A stretch of DNA of 64,000 bases, taken from positions 2,349-66,348 of the forward strand of contig JAYUQG010000014.1 in the NCBI GenBank assembly GCA_043756865.1. The letters are read 5' to 3'. Below the pieces are notes generated by a model. The model did not search any database and was not told the origin of the DNA. It saw only the letters and a list, made by a program, of their open reading frames with translations. The DNA comes from a bacterium (lineage in GTDB: Bacteria > Patescibacteriota > Minisyncoccia > Phycocordibacterales > UBA6899). How positions within the stretch are numbered: the first letter of the stretch is position 1; each line of letters begins with the position of its first letter. The position numbers and the translations under genes are program-made. Below, piece after piece: positions 9,976 to 24,100 of the stretch.

Positions 9976-10320
9976 ATGAAACTGTCCTTCTTTCTCAAGC
10001 CCGAAAGTCTCGAACGCATCGTCATCGTGAGCGCGCAGGACATCCCCGCAGGCACGTACTTGCCAATCTTCGCAGCAAAGGACTACCGTCTGATGCGCAA
10101 AAAGACACTGACAAACATGCCGATGTCGGACGTCTTCGCGAACTACTGCGTTCTTGACTCGAGCGGTGTGCATGCGCCGAGCGACTTCAATCACATGTCT
10201 ATCGGCTGGTACATTACCCACTCCGACGTCCCCACGGCGCTCCACCGCAACTACCGCTACTACGCGGCCCGCGACATCAAGGCGGGAGAAAAAATCGCGG
10301 TGGACTTCAAGACCCTCTGA
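9976..10320 (+). CDS. Small SET-domain-like protein (degenerate motifs)
   Basis: AQDIPAGT and YITHSDVPT...YAARDIKAGEKIAVDF resemble SET NHSCxPN / A.RDI..GEEIT.DY. Confidence 0.7.
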   Translation: MKLSFFLKPESLERIVIVSAQDIPAGTYLPIFAAKDYRLMRKKTLTNMPMSDVFANYCVLDSSGVHAPSDFNHMSIGWYITHSDVPTALHRNYRYYAARDIKAGEKIAVDFKTL

Positions 10321-10340
10321 CACAAGACCCTCTCTCAACC

Positions 10341-10369
10341 AGCTGCTTCACCCGAAGCAGCTTTCTGTT
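10341..10369 (+). terminator. Intrinsic terminator after SET-like gene
   Basis: agctgcttc-accc-gaagcagct then ttctgtt. Confidence 0.6.
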
Positions 10370-10475
10370 ATTTTTTGCCGCATGATAGTCACCGATTACC
10401 TATCAAAGTTTCTAACGAACCACATGAAACAATACTAAGCTATAGTCTCCCACACACTCAAACGCCGACGCTCCT

Positions 10476-10619
10476 GAGCGAGGGATTCTTCTGTTTGAAA
10501 GGACTCACGCAGGACAATTGGCTTGGTCTCCATTCTGATGGAGCAATTGGCCGAGTGTGACGGCGGACTCCGCAGGAGAGTCCGACCGTGTGCCTTTCAC
10601 ACAGAAAAACCCCGAGCGG
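10476..10619 (+). repeat. Structured repeat family A, copy 2
   Basis: Aligns end to end with the reverse complement of 3069..3213 with compensatory stem changes. Ends 2 nt from the TAG at 10622. Confidence 0.85.
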
Positions 10620-10621
10620 CC

Positions 10622-12121
10622 CTATTTTCCGATGTTCTTAACCCAGCCAAACTGCCCCTCAAAGTTCTCCAAAATAATATCAATAATTGACTTCTCTTTG
10701 TTCGGTGTAAATAACACAAAGTTTTCCGACTTCGTCTTGTTCTTTGCATCATCGCGGCACTCTACCCAGAACTGATATACAGTGGAAGGCAGAAACTCTA
10801 CAACGACCTGCACATGAGATGTGCGTGGCTCTTTTTCCTCGCCAAGCCCCGTCGCTTCAGTTGCAGGATTCAATCCTTCGCGGAAGTAGAACTGGCAATA
10901 CGACTCCTCATCGGTTCCCCATGACACGATAGTTTGCACTTTCGCATCAGCGGAGGGATACAACGTAGACTCGTTCGACACTTTAGAAATTATTGGGGGA
11001 GCAATGTCTTTTATGGTTGTGAAGAAAAGCTGATTCGAAGTGACCTTCTCCCCCACCGCATTTTCTGCTTTCACCACCGCACTATAACGCACACCGAGTG
11101 ACAGTCCCGCAATTTTGACCTGCTGTGACGACGAGAAAATCGGCGAACCAGCAGACTTTATCTCTCTGGTCTTAATATTGGTGTACTCGACAACACCTGA
11201 TGCAGGAATATTTGTACGCCACGTAAGCGTTGCGGAATCTTCTTCGACTTTCGCAACACGAAAATTGGTGATAGTCGGGAGCGCAGCCTTCGTGGTGAAT
11301 GCACTGTCGCGGGACACTCCCGTGAGTTGCAACTCACCCTCAGACGCAACTTGAAAATGGTAGGTCGTACCTGCAATAAGTCCTGTGACGCGCACTTCGT
11401 GATCTTTGATGCGCTCTCCCTCATCTCCCGACTCGGTAGTGTAGGGATCCTCTGCGTCGGGGTTGTATTCTGATTCACGCACATAACGCACCACCGAACT
11501 TGCGTCGAGGTCGGTCGCCCAGCTAATCACGGCATAGTCGCTTCCTACCTCTTTCACTCTCGGACTACCTATGATGCGCGGAGCCTCCAGAATTTTTTGT
11601 GCAACTTCACCAAGTTCTGCCGCAACCATACGTACACCCTCGGGAGTCTTCAGTTCTCTAATTGATGCAATCGCGCGCTCAATAACCATACGCTCTTCTG
11701 GGGGAATATCTTCAATATCTTTAATATTCATCACCGCCTTTGTCGCTAGCACGTAGTCGCCAGAAAGTGCCTGATTCCCACCATAATCCTGTGAGCCAAT
11801 ACGGATATGATAAAAAACGGAAGGCTCAAGATCATCCAGAAGGACGCGATGCTTTTTCTTGTTTGGAAGTGGGTCTCTCGCCACACCGTAATCTTTGGTG
11901 AGACCGAAATTCACCTCTGAATCTGCTTCTTCGTCAGTTTCCCATGTGATTAATGCGGAAGTGGCGGTGGGAGAAACAATCTGAATATTTGAGAGTTTTG
12001 GCGGAATCCCGTCTCCTGACACCTGCGCAAAGAGTGAGTGCGGACCGAAAAGTCCGTACCCAAAGAGGCCTCCCACGATTGTGAGGAGTAAAAATGACCC
12101 CAATGTGCGCATGCGCGACAT
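10622..12121 (-). CDS. Exported protein with four fibronectin-III / purple-acid-phosphatase-N-like domains
   Basis: Repeated SA.I.W.TD...S.V.Y...H.V...L....YH pattern and N-terminal hydrophobic helix. Start moved to 12121. Confidence 0.8.
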   Translation of the reverse strand: MSRMRTLGSFLLLTIVGGLFGYGLFGPHSLFAQVSGDGIPPKLSNIQIVSPTATSALITWETDEEADSEVNFGLTKDYGVARDPLPNKKKHRVLLDDLEPSVFYHIRIGSQDYGGNQALSGDYVLATKAVMNIKDIEDIPPEERMVIERAIASIRELKTPEGVRMVAAELGEVAQKILEAPRIIGSPRVKEVGSDYAVISWATDLDASSVVRYVRESEYNPDAEDPYTTESGDEGERIKDHEVRVTGLIAGTTYHFQVASEGELQLTGVSRDSAFTTKAALPTITNFRVAKVEEDSATLTWRTNIPASGVVEYTNIKTREIKSAGSPIFSSSQQVKIAGLSLGVRYSAVVKAENAVGEKVTSNQLFFTTIKDIAPPIISKVSNESTLYPSADAKVQTIVSWGTDEESYCQFYFREGLNPATEATGLGEEKEPRTSHVQVVVEFLPSTVYQFWVECRDDAKNKTKSENFVLFTPNKEKSIIDIILENFEGQFGWVKNIGK

Positions 12122-12171
12122 ACTCTCTCTATTATATAGAGAGACCTCGTTCACGAAAAGGCACAACCCTC

Positions 12172-15100
12172 TTAATTCGCAATAAAGTAGTTAGTCCCCG
12201 AGTGTGTGGTTGCAGCCGTACCGTTTGGAACTCCAAGCCCCCAATACACGTCTTTAAAGAACGGGTTTGTCGACGTAGGCTTCGTCACGCCGATATTATA
12301 CGGATTACTCGTAGTTGCGAGGAGGTTACAACCCGCACATCCCGAATAGGTGAAGGTTGAAGTGGCATACTTCTGTTGGTTGACGGCAATTGTCGAAGAG
12401 GCTGCGGTCATCGGAGACCCTGACAACAAGAGATTCAAGATTGTATTTCCCGTGTTTGTCACTGTCGTTGTCGAATTTGCCGCACCCGTATCTGCGCCTA
12501 CGGTAATTGAGCCGTAGTTCAGGCTTGAAGGAATGGTCAGCCCCTTAAGTGTGTACACATCCTGTGATGAGGATGCTCGTGCATGCGAGTTCGACGTATC
12601 CCATACGTCGATGAGCGCCTGCCAGTTTTCCGCTACGAATGTACTTCCAAAGTCAGTTGGGTCTGCAAAGTAATACATATCCGCGGTGCATGAAACCGTA
12701 CAGGAGTTCCCTGAACAGTTAATAAAGCTACATGAACTGGTGCTGATTTGATAACAGTTATTGTTGTCGGCGGTGCAGGCTGTCGAAGAAGATAGTCCCG
12801 AACGGAAAAACGTTGAGGATGCAAAAGAGAGGTCTGCATAACCGTTGTAATCAGTAACAGTTGAAGTCGCAAAAATCGTCGTTGTGGCACCTTCCGTCAG
12901 TGCAATGCTTGCGTTGTTGTTGAATGAGAAATTAGAAAGGACTGGTGCATGCAAAATGCGCAACTCAGCAACCTTGGTGTAATTATCAAGTGCACTACCT
13001 GAATTGGTGGTACGGAAACAGTAGGCATCCTGTGACGCAAATGCCGTCATCTGGAAGTTATATTCCACTTCAGTAAATTCACCTGATGCAAGCGACACAT
13101 TGCCCGTTTGATTTGACGGGTCCTCAAGTATTTGGCCGTAAGTAAACGTTTGCCCCGTCGGGATAGACAGTAATTGTGTTGTCGAAGACTTGTCACTGAA
13201 CTGTGTAGATGTTTTCATACATGCAGCACCTGAGCCACAACCCGCTCCGGAAGTCGTGGGTACGTCAACATAGCTTCCCCCAGATACTGATTCACAATTC
13301 GGTGAAACCGACTTCGGTGCAACCTGTAGTCTGAAGTTATTATTGTTAATTGGTGCGCCCGAATTTCGCACGGTCACGCGGAGGCGGAGATTTTCGTTAA
13401 TGAGCTGATTTGCCAGTGTTGTATTTTCAGCTGTCTTCCATGTTGCACCAGAGTCCGCCTGTTCTAACCCAAATACTGCGCCCGGTGCCGTGGCAATGTA
13501 CTCTCGAGCAGACGGGATATCCCAGCCTCCATGCTGACCCCAATATGCAAATCCTATCCCACCTGACGTATATGAGGAATCTGTGGCAGATGTTGTGGCA
13601 AATACGCTACCTGCTGAGTCGTACACGGTCACATTAATTTGATTGTTCGAGAGCCAGTTGATCGATGCCTCATACCACCCTGTCGCGTATGTGACACTGG
13701 TTGTTGCAAGTTGCGTCGCTCCGTCATTGCGACCATTATTTGCCGCATTCTTTGCTATGACGACTTTATCTGTCCCCGAAAATGGGGTGAGGCACACAGC
13801 ATAATTTTGATGCAAAGTTATGGGAGATTGGATAGCGAAAAGAAAACACGGCTCATTGGATCCACCGGCTGCAATATCAATATACTGAAAGAACCTAATC
13901 GTAGTATCGCGCCCCACTCCAGCAGACATCTGCCCGATACCGTCGGTGGTCTTTCCTGAAGCCTCATTACCCAGAGAGGCATCAATGCCACGTGTACGCT
14001 CGTAATTAAAGGCTGTAGATTGCTCAAAAAGAGTAGTGTTTCCAGAATATTCTGACATACTTCCATCCTCGAAATCGTCAAAGAATTTGAACGTACTGGT
14101 GCCGCTGGTTCCTCCGGCTACCGTCGCATGGCCGTAGTACATAAAGATATCTGCCATACCGGAAGCAGGAAGTGCCGGTACTTTCACCCATACGGTTGAT
14201 GATGCTGCTGCAGTAAGGCTCTCTATCCAATACGGAATAGATGTCGTTCCGGACGAGTCCGTGAATCGTAAATCATCGAAGTCACTTTGCATATCAGAAT
14301 CGTAGACAACATTAAATTTCACCTCGATGTTTACCTCAGACGAGGTTGCGTTGTTGTTGATTCGCACGCGCTTACGCTTTGACCAATTTTGGTCATACCA
14401 TTCAGTCGAAGGAACACCCTCTGCTCCGTTGTCATTTCGCCATCGGTAAGTCCGCTGATCAGAGAACAGACATGAACTATCGGTCCATCGGATAGACCCA
14501 CATCCATCATTTCCGTCGTTATCACGGGACTCAAGCGCCATATTGCCGTATTCACTTGCAAAAGTGATGGCATTTGTTGTCGTACCGATACGCGAAACAT
14601 TTGCTCCTTCTATTGCTGTGGTTGTGGCAAATCGTACGTAGAATATTTGACCTGACGCATTTTGGTCTATGGTGGTTGACGCGATGGTGATCATGCTGCC
14701 ACCCGATAGTCCGAGCTCAAAGTCCCCGTTTGAGAGTGAGGTGATGGTCGTCGTGCCACTCATATCAAGTCCCGCGGTATTCATGTTTCGGAACTGATAG
14801 TACTGCGCATTGATGTATGAGGAGCTGAGTGAAAGCCCATAGTTACCTGTCGTCGCACGATCAACTGTTGTAGACGCCGTACTAATACCTAACATCTGGA
14901 GCGTTGATGCATTTGAGAATGCTGCAGCCGCAGAAGGACCAAACCGCACATTCACCTGACGCGAACTACCGCCGAGTGCGGTGCCGTCGAAATCGGTGGC
15001 GTAGCTCCAATAGTCGGTACCCGTTGTGCGCGTGTATGCTCCATAAATGTGGAGAGTACCATCCACCGCTGCATGGTCTTGTGCATACACCGAAGTACCC

Positions 15101-18100
15101 GTGCCAAGCTCGTATGCAGCTGCAGAAGAATTCCAGTTGCGCACTATCGTGTTTGTACCAAGACGGATTATGCCATAGAGGTCTCCACCTGCTGTTTTGC
15201 TGTTCATGTTCAAACTGGTGCCTGAGTTGAGTGCGAGTCGGGAACCACTCCACGTAGTGGAGGCACCACCCAGATTGTTGGTAAATATTCCTCCGACTGC
15301 AAGTGCAGAAGAAGATGCTTGGATGAAGTTTCCGCTTGCAATAGTCATACTTCCTGTTGTTGTCGCAGATGCAGAAATATTCACAGTCGCAGCAGGAGCT
15401 CCTGCGACATACACTCCCGTAAGCGTTGAATTTCCTAGTGCCACAAGCGACGTTCCTGAGGTAGGGTTGAATGTTACAAGCGACGTCGTGGCTACGGCAA
15501 TGGTACCCGTCGCGATAAATGACCCACCAACGGTAAATGCTGCATTGGGGAGCGTTGAAGTTCCTGATGCAAAAATGACGTCGCCGGTAGCTGTGGCATT
15601 CGTATCAGTAAATGTAAACGTTCCTACGTCTGCGATAAAGAGATTGGCAAGACTCGAGCCATTCATGCGTATGATTCTTCCCGACGATGTGGCAGTCATA
15701 CGAATAGTTCCTCCATTTGCTGTCACTCCCCCACTTTGATTGTTGAGGTCTGTTCCGATTGCGAGTACGCCCGTCGGTAGTGTCGTGGTGCCGTTTTTCA
15801 AAAGTACTGCCCCTGTTGCGGTTGCATTTGTATCGAGGAAGGACCACCCGCCTCCGACTCCATCGAATTCAAGGTTCGCAAACGCAGAGGTAAGAGCGCG
15901 GATATTTTTCCCCGTTGCGGTAGACGTAAATTTCACCACGCCGGAATTGTGCAAGAATACACCGCCAGAGTTATCAAAAGTCCCGCCCACGGCAAGCGTG
16001 CCCGATGGGAGTGTTGTGGTTCCCGCAGAGAAAGTAAGGTTATTCGAGGTAGTTCCGACACCACCAATATTCCATGTACCACCACTGCCGCTCATGGTCA
16101 TGTTGTAAAACGTGAGTGAAGATGATGCCGAAACAAACTTGCCTGTTGTCGATGCGTTAAAGAAAAATGTTGAATTCGCAGGTGCAACCGAAGCCCCGCT
16201 CGCTGCGTAGAAAGAGCCGGCCAGTGTGTGCGTCTGTGTACCCGCCGCACTCCACGTCGAACTTGCGTACAGTTTCACCGTACCATCACGATCACTGCCC
16301 AGTGCATTACCATGTACGGTTACATCCCCTGCAGGTGCAAAGACTTTGCTGGTCCAAACAATCAGTGTGGTGTTCGATGGAAGCACAAGCGTATCTGGTG
16401 CTCCGGTGGTTGCCTTGAAACGAATATCGGTGTCTTGGTCGGAATCGTATTGATTCATGTTTGCAATCGAAAGTGCTGTTCCTCCTTCGTGGCGCACAAT
16501 AACTCGATCGCGATAGAGATGCATGTTTGCGATATTTGTTGCGGGGTCAACCGTGACGTTTGCCGCGGTAGTTGAACTGTTGGTGTCGAGATAAAGTGTC
16601 AGCACATCCCCTGGGTTAAAGACGACACTCGAGATTGAAAAAGCTCCCGTCGTGGAATTACAAGCCGATGTATATGCTCCAGCACCCTGTACTCGCAGTC
16701 GTACCGTTTGGGTCGACCCATCACAGGTTGGACCACCAACAGGAGTAATTCCCTCATCACCATAAACGTTACCTGAAATGGTAATATTCGCGGCTGAGTC
16801 GTCCCACACAATGTAACCGGGATCACCCCCTGGGTCAGAGTCAAACGCTTCGCCCGCAAGCACACCGAGTGAGGTCGGAGTCCCCGCAAAACGCCAAATT
16901 GATGCTGAGACTCCGGTGGCCTTAACGTTAAACCCTGAGCCCACACCTGTTGAAGTCCCAAAATAATTACGACTGAATATCTTAAGGGGATTTGCATCAA
17001 TTGTCGCACCCGCAACGGTAATCATACTTCCAGCCGCAACCCCAAGTTCGAAGTCTACGTCATCCATGAGATTCACAACTGGTGTTCCCGAAAAATTGAG
17101 TCCATTTCCGTCCACCCCACGGAAGCGTACGTACTTCATAGTTGTCGAACCACCAGAAATATTGAGTGCGTAGGTACCGAGCGTTTGTATGCTAAGGCTT
17201 GTCGATGCAGTATTTGTCCCGAGTATTTCAAGAGCACCGGTACCGGAAATAGAGATACTTGAGGCAGTGGCAAAGCGCACATTTGCCTGACGCGAGCTAA
17301 CGCCAAGTGCGGTGCCGTCGAAATCAGTGGCGTAACTCCAATAGTCAGTGCCTGCGGTACGCGCGTACGACCCCCAAATATACAGTTCGCCTGAAGTACT
17401 CGCATGATTCTGTGAATACAGACTCCCCGTAGCTGCGACGGCGGTCGTTGTTGCCGACGAGGCCCACATGCTTATCTTTGTACTTCCCCCCACTTGGAGT
17501 GTTTCATAGCGGTCACCCCCAAGAGCCTTCGTGTTCATTGCTGAAGTGACTCCAGAGTTCAAGTAGAGAGTCGAGCCTGTCCACGTCGTTGCACTTCCGC
17601 CTACAGCGTTGGTAAATACACCGCGCACTTCAAGTGTTGTGCCCGATGCCATGACAAACGATGATACCTGTGTGATGGAGAAGTTATTCGTAGTGGTTGC
17701 ATTTCCGAGTATCGTCCATCCGCCGATTGCAGCATTAAATGCTGCATTGTAAAACGCTGATGTACTCGGTGTAATTGTGCGTCCAGTGGTAGTTGCGACA
17801 AAAGAAACGGTTCCTGCGGACGGGGTATATGTTCCCTGATTGTACCAGTCACGATAAATATTAAAGGCGGCGCTATCAGACCCAACCAATGTTGCACTGC
17901 TCCTAATAATGAGGTCACCTTCGACATTCACTATGGGGTCATTTGTGGTAACGGTGGTCGTTCCACTATTTACTCCATCCCCCACCGTTAGGCTATTTCG
18001 CACGGTAAATGTTCCTGCCGAAAGCGAATATGTCGGACCACCCGCTCCACTTGGCGCAAGATAGAGACGATAATAATTTGCCGCAGCAACCGTCGTATTT

Positions 18101-21100
18101 GCAGTCGAGCTAAATCGAAAAACGGAAACCTCAGGATTCAGTGTTCCCGTAATCACCAAGGGAGTGGCGCCTCCTGTCAAATTCCACGCAGAGGGAACAC
18201 CTGCGTTAAGTGTATGCCCAGCAGTGACCGTCATTATGGTGGCTATAGAGATTGTCGAAGAACCGGTCTTCGTCGTTGTGCCACCCGCACCATTTCCAAA
18301 ATTGAGGTTATTGAAACTCCAGTTCGTGTTCCCCCCAAAAGTGCCTCCATTTGCAAATGTGACACTACCACCCGTCATAGCGACTGTACCAGCTCCCGTC
18401 ATATTGACGCCAGAGATAGTCATCGAATTTGCACCAACGAGTGTTCCCTGTGTGACCGTCAAATCATTTCCCGTGTTTGTCGTTTGGTTTACTGACCACT
18501 CCCCGCCACTTCCATTAAACACGAGATTCCAGAAATTAATCGGCGTAATACCCACGAGCAACTTCCCTGTTGTGGTGGCAGTAAAGGTGAATGTCGAAGA
18601 TGCAGCCGTAAAGGTTGCTCCTGCATCAAGGGCGAACCGCCCACCTACCGAGTGTGATTCATTTCCCTGTGCAGTAAATATGGCATTGTTGTCGACGTGG
18701 AATGTACCGTCCCAGTTGTTTCCCGAACCACCGGAGTTCAGTGTGATATTGCCATTTGGAATAAAGGTTTTTGCATTCCAGACCCAAAATTCTGTTTCTG
18801 GATTCACTGCAAGCGTGTTGGGTCCCGTTGTTGCGGCAGAGTATGAAATATCACTGTCATTGCCCGCGTCATATGCATTCATGTGCTCAATCCCAAGTGC
18901 AGCGGTATCTTCGTGTCGGACAATCACGCGGTCTTGATAAAGATTAATGCCGGTTAAGTCCGCAGATGCAGACCTCGTAACCAACGTTGCTTTTCGCCCA
19001 CCGTTTGTATCGAGGTAAACGGTCATCACCGTATCTCCAATAAACGTCACCCCCGGTACCGTATAGGTACCGTTAGCTGACGAGCATGGTGCTGCAAAGT
19101 TGCCGAGCCCGTTCACTCTGACGCGCACATTTGGTGTCACGTTATCACATGTTGTTGTGGACATCGGGGTTACGCCGGCGTCGCTATAAACCGTTCCTGA
19201 AATGGAGATGACAAAAATACTGTCGTCCCATCTTATGTATCCGGGGTTACCGCCAGGATCATTGTCATTGGACTCTCCTGCAATATTTCCATAATGCTGC
19301 CTAAAACGGATGAATGATGATCCCGCCGGAGTTCCGATTTCTGTAACGTTAAATGCCAAAATCGCTGTGGTTGTTGCAAACCGCACGGTGAACAGTTGAA
19401 TTCCGGTGTTCTGGTCGACGGTCGTCGACGCAATGGTGATTCCACTACCGCCATTCGTAGCAACTTCAAAATCTCCATAAGACAGTGAGGTGACGGTTGT
19501 TGTACCCGCAAGCTCAAGTCCGCGCGCACCCATGTTTCTAAACTGATAATAATTCGCATTCAAGGTTGCGTCTGAAAGTGCAACGACAAAACTTCCCGTT
19601 GTTGCGCGGTCTATGGTGGTTGAAGCGGTCGTGGATCCGATTATTTGGAGAGTTGCATTTGTGGTAAAGCTGGAAGTTGCGGTGGGTGCAAAGCGTACAT
19701 TTACCTGTCTTCCACTCCCCCCAAGTGCAGTGCCGTCAAAATCTGTCGCAAAACTCCAGTAGTCTGTTCCCGTTGTGCGAATATAGTTCCCACCAATAAA
19801 GAGCGAGCCATCTAATGCACTATCATCTTGGGAATACATCGACGACGTAGGGGTGAACTGGTACGTATTGCTCGAAGAATTCCACATGCGTACATTTGTC
19901 CCCAGAGCGAGACGCAGTGTCGCATAGCTATCGGCGCCTGTTGTTTTTGTATTCAGTGTGTAGCTCGTGCCCGAATACAGTGTGAGTGTAGTGCCGGTCC
20001 ACGTCGTCGAAGCACCACCGACATTATTGGTGAACGTACCTCCAACTGCAAGTGCAGTTGCCGTGGCCTGCGTGAAACCACCGGAAATAAGTGTAAATGC
20101 CGCCGTTGCCGTGGCGTTCCCGGTAATGCTTATGGTTGCAGTTGGCGTCGCGAGCACATTCACCGTTGCAAATGTTGAAGGTCCCGCAGAAACAGTTTTT
20201 GTTCCTGAAGCAGGGTTAAAATGTACCGCTCCGGACCCGGAAACAAATGCTCCAGTGGCTGAGAAGTTTCCTCCAATCGCAAAATTCGCCGTGGGTAATG
20301 TTGTGGTGCCCGCGGCAAATATTACATCACCTGTGGCGGTCGCGTTTGCGTCGGCAATTGTAAATCCGCCTGCGTTCGCGACAAAAAAGTTTGCAAGTGT
20401 TGAGCCGGAGAGGCGCACGATGCGGCCGGAAAGCACCGAGGTCATGCGCAGTGTTCCTCCGTTTGCAACGAATGCTCCTGATTGATTATCAAAGGTATTT
20501 CCCGCTTCGAGTGTTCCACTTGGCAATGTGGGTGTACCTGCAGTGATATAAAATGTTCCCACCGTGGTTGCATTTGTATCTTGGAATGTCCAAGCACCTC
20601 CAGCGCCAGCAAATAATATGTCATTCCACAACGAACCGTTCGCGCGCACATTTTTGCCCGATGCGGTGGAGGTGAAGCGTACAACACCGGAATTGTGGAC
20701 GAACGCCCCTGCTGTGTTTGAGAATGATCCCCCTATCGCCAGAGTTCCTGAGGGTAACGTAGTAGTTCCTACACCTGTAATTGCGAAATCATTGGTTGTG
20801 GTTGCATTGGTGTTCTGCCAAATCCATGTCCCTCCTACGCCACTAAAGGTCGTGTTGTAAAAATTCGATACACCTTGGTTTATTGTTTTGCCGGTTGTTG
20901 TTGCAGCAAAATCAACGGTACCCGTAAGTGAGGTAAAGGTTCCCGTGTTGTTCCAATTTTCCAGCACCGTCAATGTGTATGCGCTGCCGGCAGAAAGTGT
21001 GTCATCTGCTCCTATTACAATGTTTGTGGCCTTCACCGAGGATCCGAGTGTGAGCGTTTTTGCGGTACCATTGACCACCACATTCCCGAGGTCCTGCTTT

Positions 21101-24100
21101 GCGGCGGTATTGTCTGTCCATATTCTCGCAGCGGTGCCGGAAAATGTAGTTGTTGCAGTGCCCTTGATAAAGGTGCCTGACGCACCAATAGTGAGGTCCC
21201 CCTGCAGTGTGATGTCATTTGTGCCTTGTGAGGTCGTCCCAAAACTCATCGCAACAGTACCTGTGGCCACAAAGGCAGAACTCAGATTCCACGTCGCGGT
21301 GTTACCTGATTCTCCGAATGTAACATTATAAAATGTTGAGGTTGCTGCGCCCGTCGAGTCAATAGTGCGTGTTGAACTGGTGCCGTTAAAAATTACGGTT
21401 GAGGCATTTGAAGTAAAGCCGCCTAGGTTTCCCCATGAACCACTCACCTTGATGGTATTCGTATCTGCAAACAAAAATCCATTCACCCGCATATCCCACG
21501 TATTGATGGTCTCGGATGTTGAAGTTGCGGGTCTGAATGTGTTTGAAAACACGTGAATACTTGAATCGAGACAGGAGCCCACGACGCAATTATTAAAGTC
21601 ATTTCCTGCGTCGATATCGTAGAAAATATCTTCACTCCCTGAAACTGAATTATCATATTTCGCAAGATCGGTGAGGCTGATGGACTGACCTGTAGTAGAG
21701 GCAGAACCGATTGTGACCCAACGTTCACTGATTCGCATTCCTCCCATATCACCGGGGCCTGTATACTTCGCAACCGTAACAGCCTCATTAAAATCGTTTG
21801 CACCACTGATAAACACGGTCAGTGTGTTGCCGGGAAATACGGTGACATTGTCTATAAACCAGTCTCCGTTTGCAATCGTGCCGGTTCTCCCCACTTGGAG
21901 TGAGCCGTTAACTGCAACTGCCACTGTTCCCGAGGTGACAGTTGAGGTGAGATCATGCAGGCGCGCAGTTCCCGATATGCGAACCCCAGCCGCCCACTCA
22001 ACCGTCCAATCGTTAAGGGTCGGGCAAACCCCAGACATACAGGTCAGTGTCCCCTTTAAGCGTATGACATTGTAAAGAGTGGTATCCAGCGCAGTAATAC
22101 TGATAGGCGAAGTAGTAGTTCCTACAGAATTTCCAGGAATCAACGTGTCTGGAATTAGGGCCCACGTTCCCGATGCGTTTTGATATTGCACCTGTGTCAT
22201 AAAAGTGGTTTCCCCTGGTGTGGTTGCGTCCCACTTCACACGTTGCCACGCAGGTGCAATACCATCATCGTAGTCGATTGGTGTTCCAATAATGGTACCA
22301 ACGGACAAAGGACTTTGTGGAGCCATATAGAACGGTTCTCCGAAGGGACTCGCGGTGACCGAAGCAGTATCTTCGATTGTTTGGTGGTTCTCCCACGTGG
22401 AGGAGCCTACAAGCTCAGCATATTCATAATCAGTGCCCACATGGTCAAAAAACATCCCGAGCATAGTTCCAGAGGCAGAAGTGCGCACGAGCTGATTAGT
22501 GAATGAAGTGGGAAAGGTTGTTCCTCCCGTTGAAGCCATGTTGCGCTCCCCTTGATAAAGCACTCCATCCCAAAAACGCCATCGTGTTCCTGTCGTATCT
22601 GCATAGGGAACCATGATGTAGTTGGTGCGGCCACTTATGGTTTCGTACTGGCAATCAACAGGTCGACCATTGAAAGATTGTCCCGTGATCTCCAATTCGG
22701 TAAATGCTGCCCACGTATTAGTGGATCCCGTCCATCGTATAACGCCAATATCATTGTCCTGGTCGATATAACAAAGAGCCATATCGTCATTGGTCTTATT
22801 TCTCCGAAGGTTTCCACTTTCAAAATCGTCGCCGAGCGCAACCGTCGCGGTTGCCGTCCACGATGCACCATTCCAACTTTTCCATACAAAACTCGCATTT
22901 ATTCCATTGGATGCCACAACGACTGCATCGGTTCCCGAGTTCTCATACTCCACTGCCATGCCCTCATGCGCGATGTCTCGCATCGAGCCGAGCACCGTCG
23001 CATTTCCCCATGATGATGTGGTGGCATTCCACACCTGTGCCTCGTACATAGAACCGGTGTTGCGGAACAATCCGATGATTTCATTTGAAATGGGGTGAGA
23101 TGCCAGACGTACCCATTCACAATTTGTTGCGAAAGAAAGATTGACCGTGCCGGTTGCTGACCAGGCGCTCCCCGTCCAAATACGATATCCTGCCGTGGGG
23201 GAACTGTCACAAGTAACGGCAATCGCTCTTCCTGACACGGTTTCGTAGGCGACATCAAAACTCCTGCGTTGGGGCGACGGTGCAGCAGTCCCCGTTTCTT
23301 GAAGATTCGCCCATGCGCCACTTTCATATACTTGAAAGTTTGTGTCGCGGTCTGACCCAAGCGTACCCAGAATATATTGCGAGATAAGGGGAGAAGACTT
23401 CACGATTACCCACTGAATAGTAGCGCCAACAGAAAGCGCTGTTTGCTCACCCCCCAGTGTGATTCCATCAAAAATACGGAACCGTGGAGTTTGCACGGTG
23501 CCTTCACCGTAGGCCAGCATGACTTCATCCGTCGTGGTAGCAACGGTGGTTGAACCTGTACCCGTCAGGCGAAGTGAGGAGAGTGTGTCAGTCCTGAACT
23601 GGTCGTCCACGGTCTGAAACCACGTCGCAATAGTGATGGAAAGATCCACGGTGAAACTTCGTGTTTCCGAATAGAATGAATACGTATTCGCGCCAGTAGG
23701 ATCACGTCCGCGCACGCGCCAGAAGTACGTGCTCGAAGCAATAAGCGCATCTCCGGGCTGAATCGTGAAACGAATACGATCGCTTGAATTAAATGGTGTG
23801 GTGTCGGTGGCATTCTGAATATTTTGGAATCCAAGATTTACTCCGGAATTGCGTGTCGTGGATGAAGTAAACGCAGATGTGGTTGACCACTGGATTTCAT
23901 ACTCAATCGGGTCGCCCTGAGGGTCAGCGGCAGTCCATTCAAATGTAGGCGTCGTTGTATTTAGCTTGGCATTACTAAATGGTAAGTACAATGTCGGAGT
24001 TCCCACAGTAAAGCCCCAATCAATTGTCCAATCAAATAATACTGGTGTCCCCGTCGTATTCGTGAGATTCGCGCGTATGCGTATCGTCGCATACACCGTT

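Noticed and set aside
10476-10619. Family A as hammerhead, twister, SRP RNA or tRNA
   Set aside because: It lacks the CUGAUGA/GAAA core arrangement, the twister L4 and pseudoknots, the SRP CAGG/AGCA loop and a cloverleaf. GCCUAACACUG before copy 3 is not supported by the rest of a twister fold.
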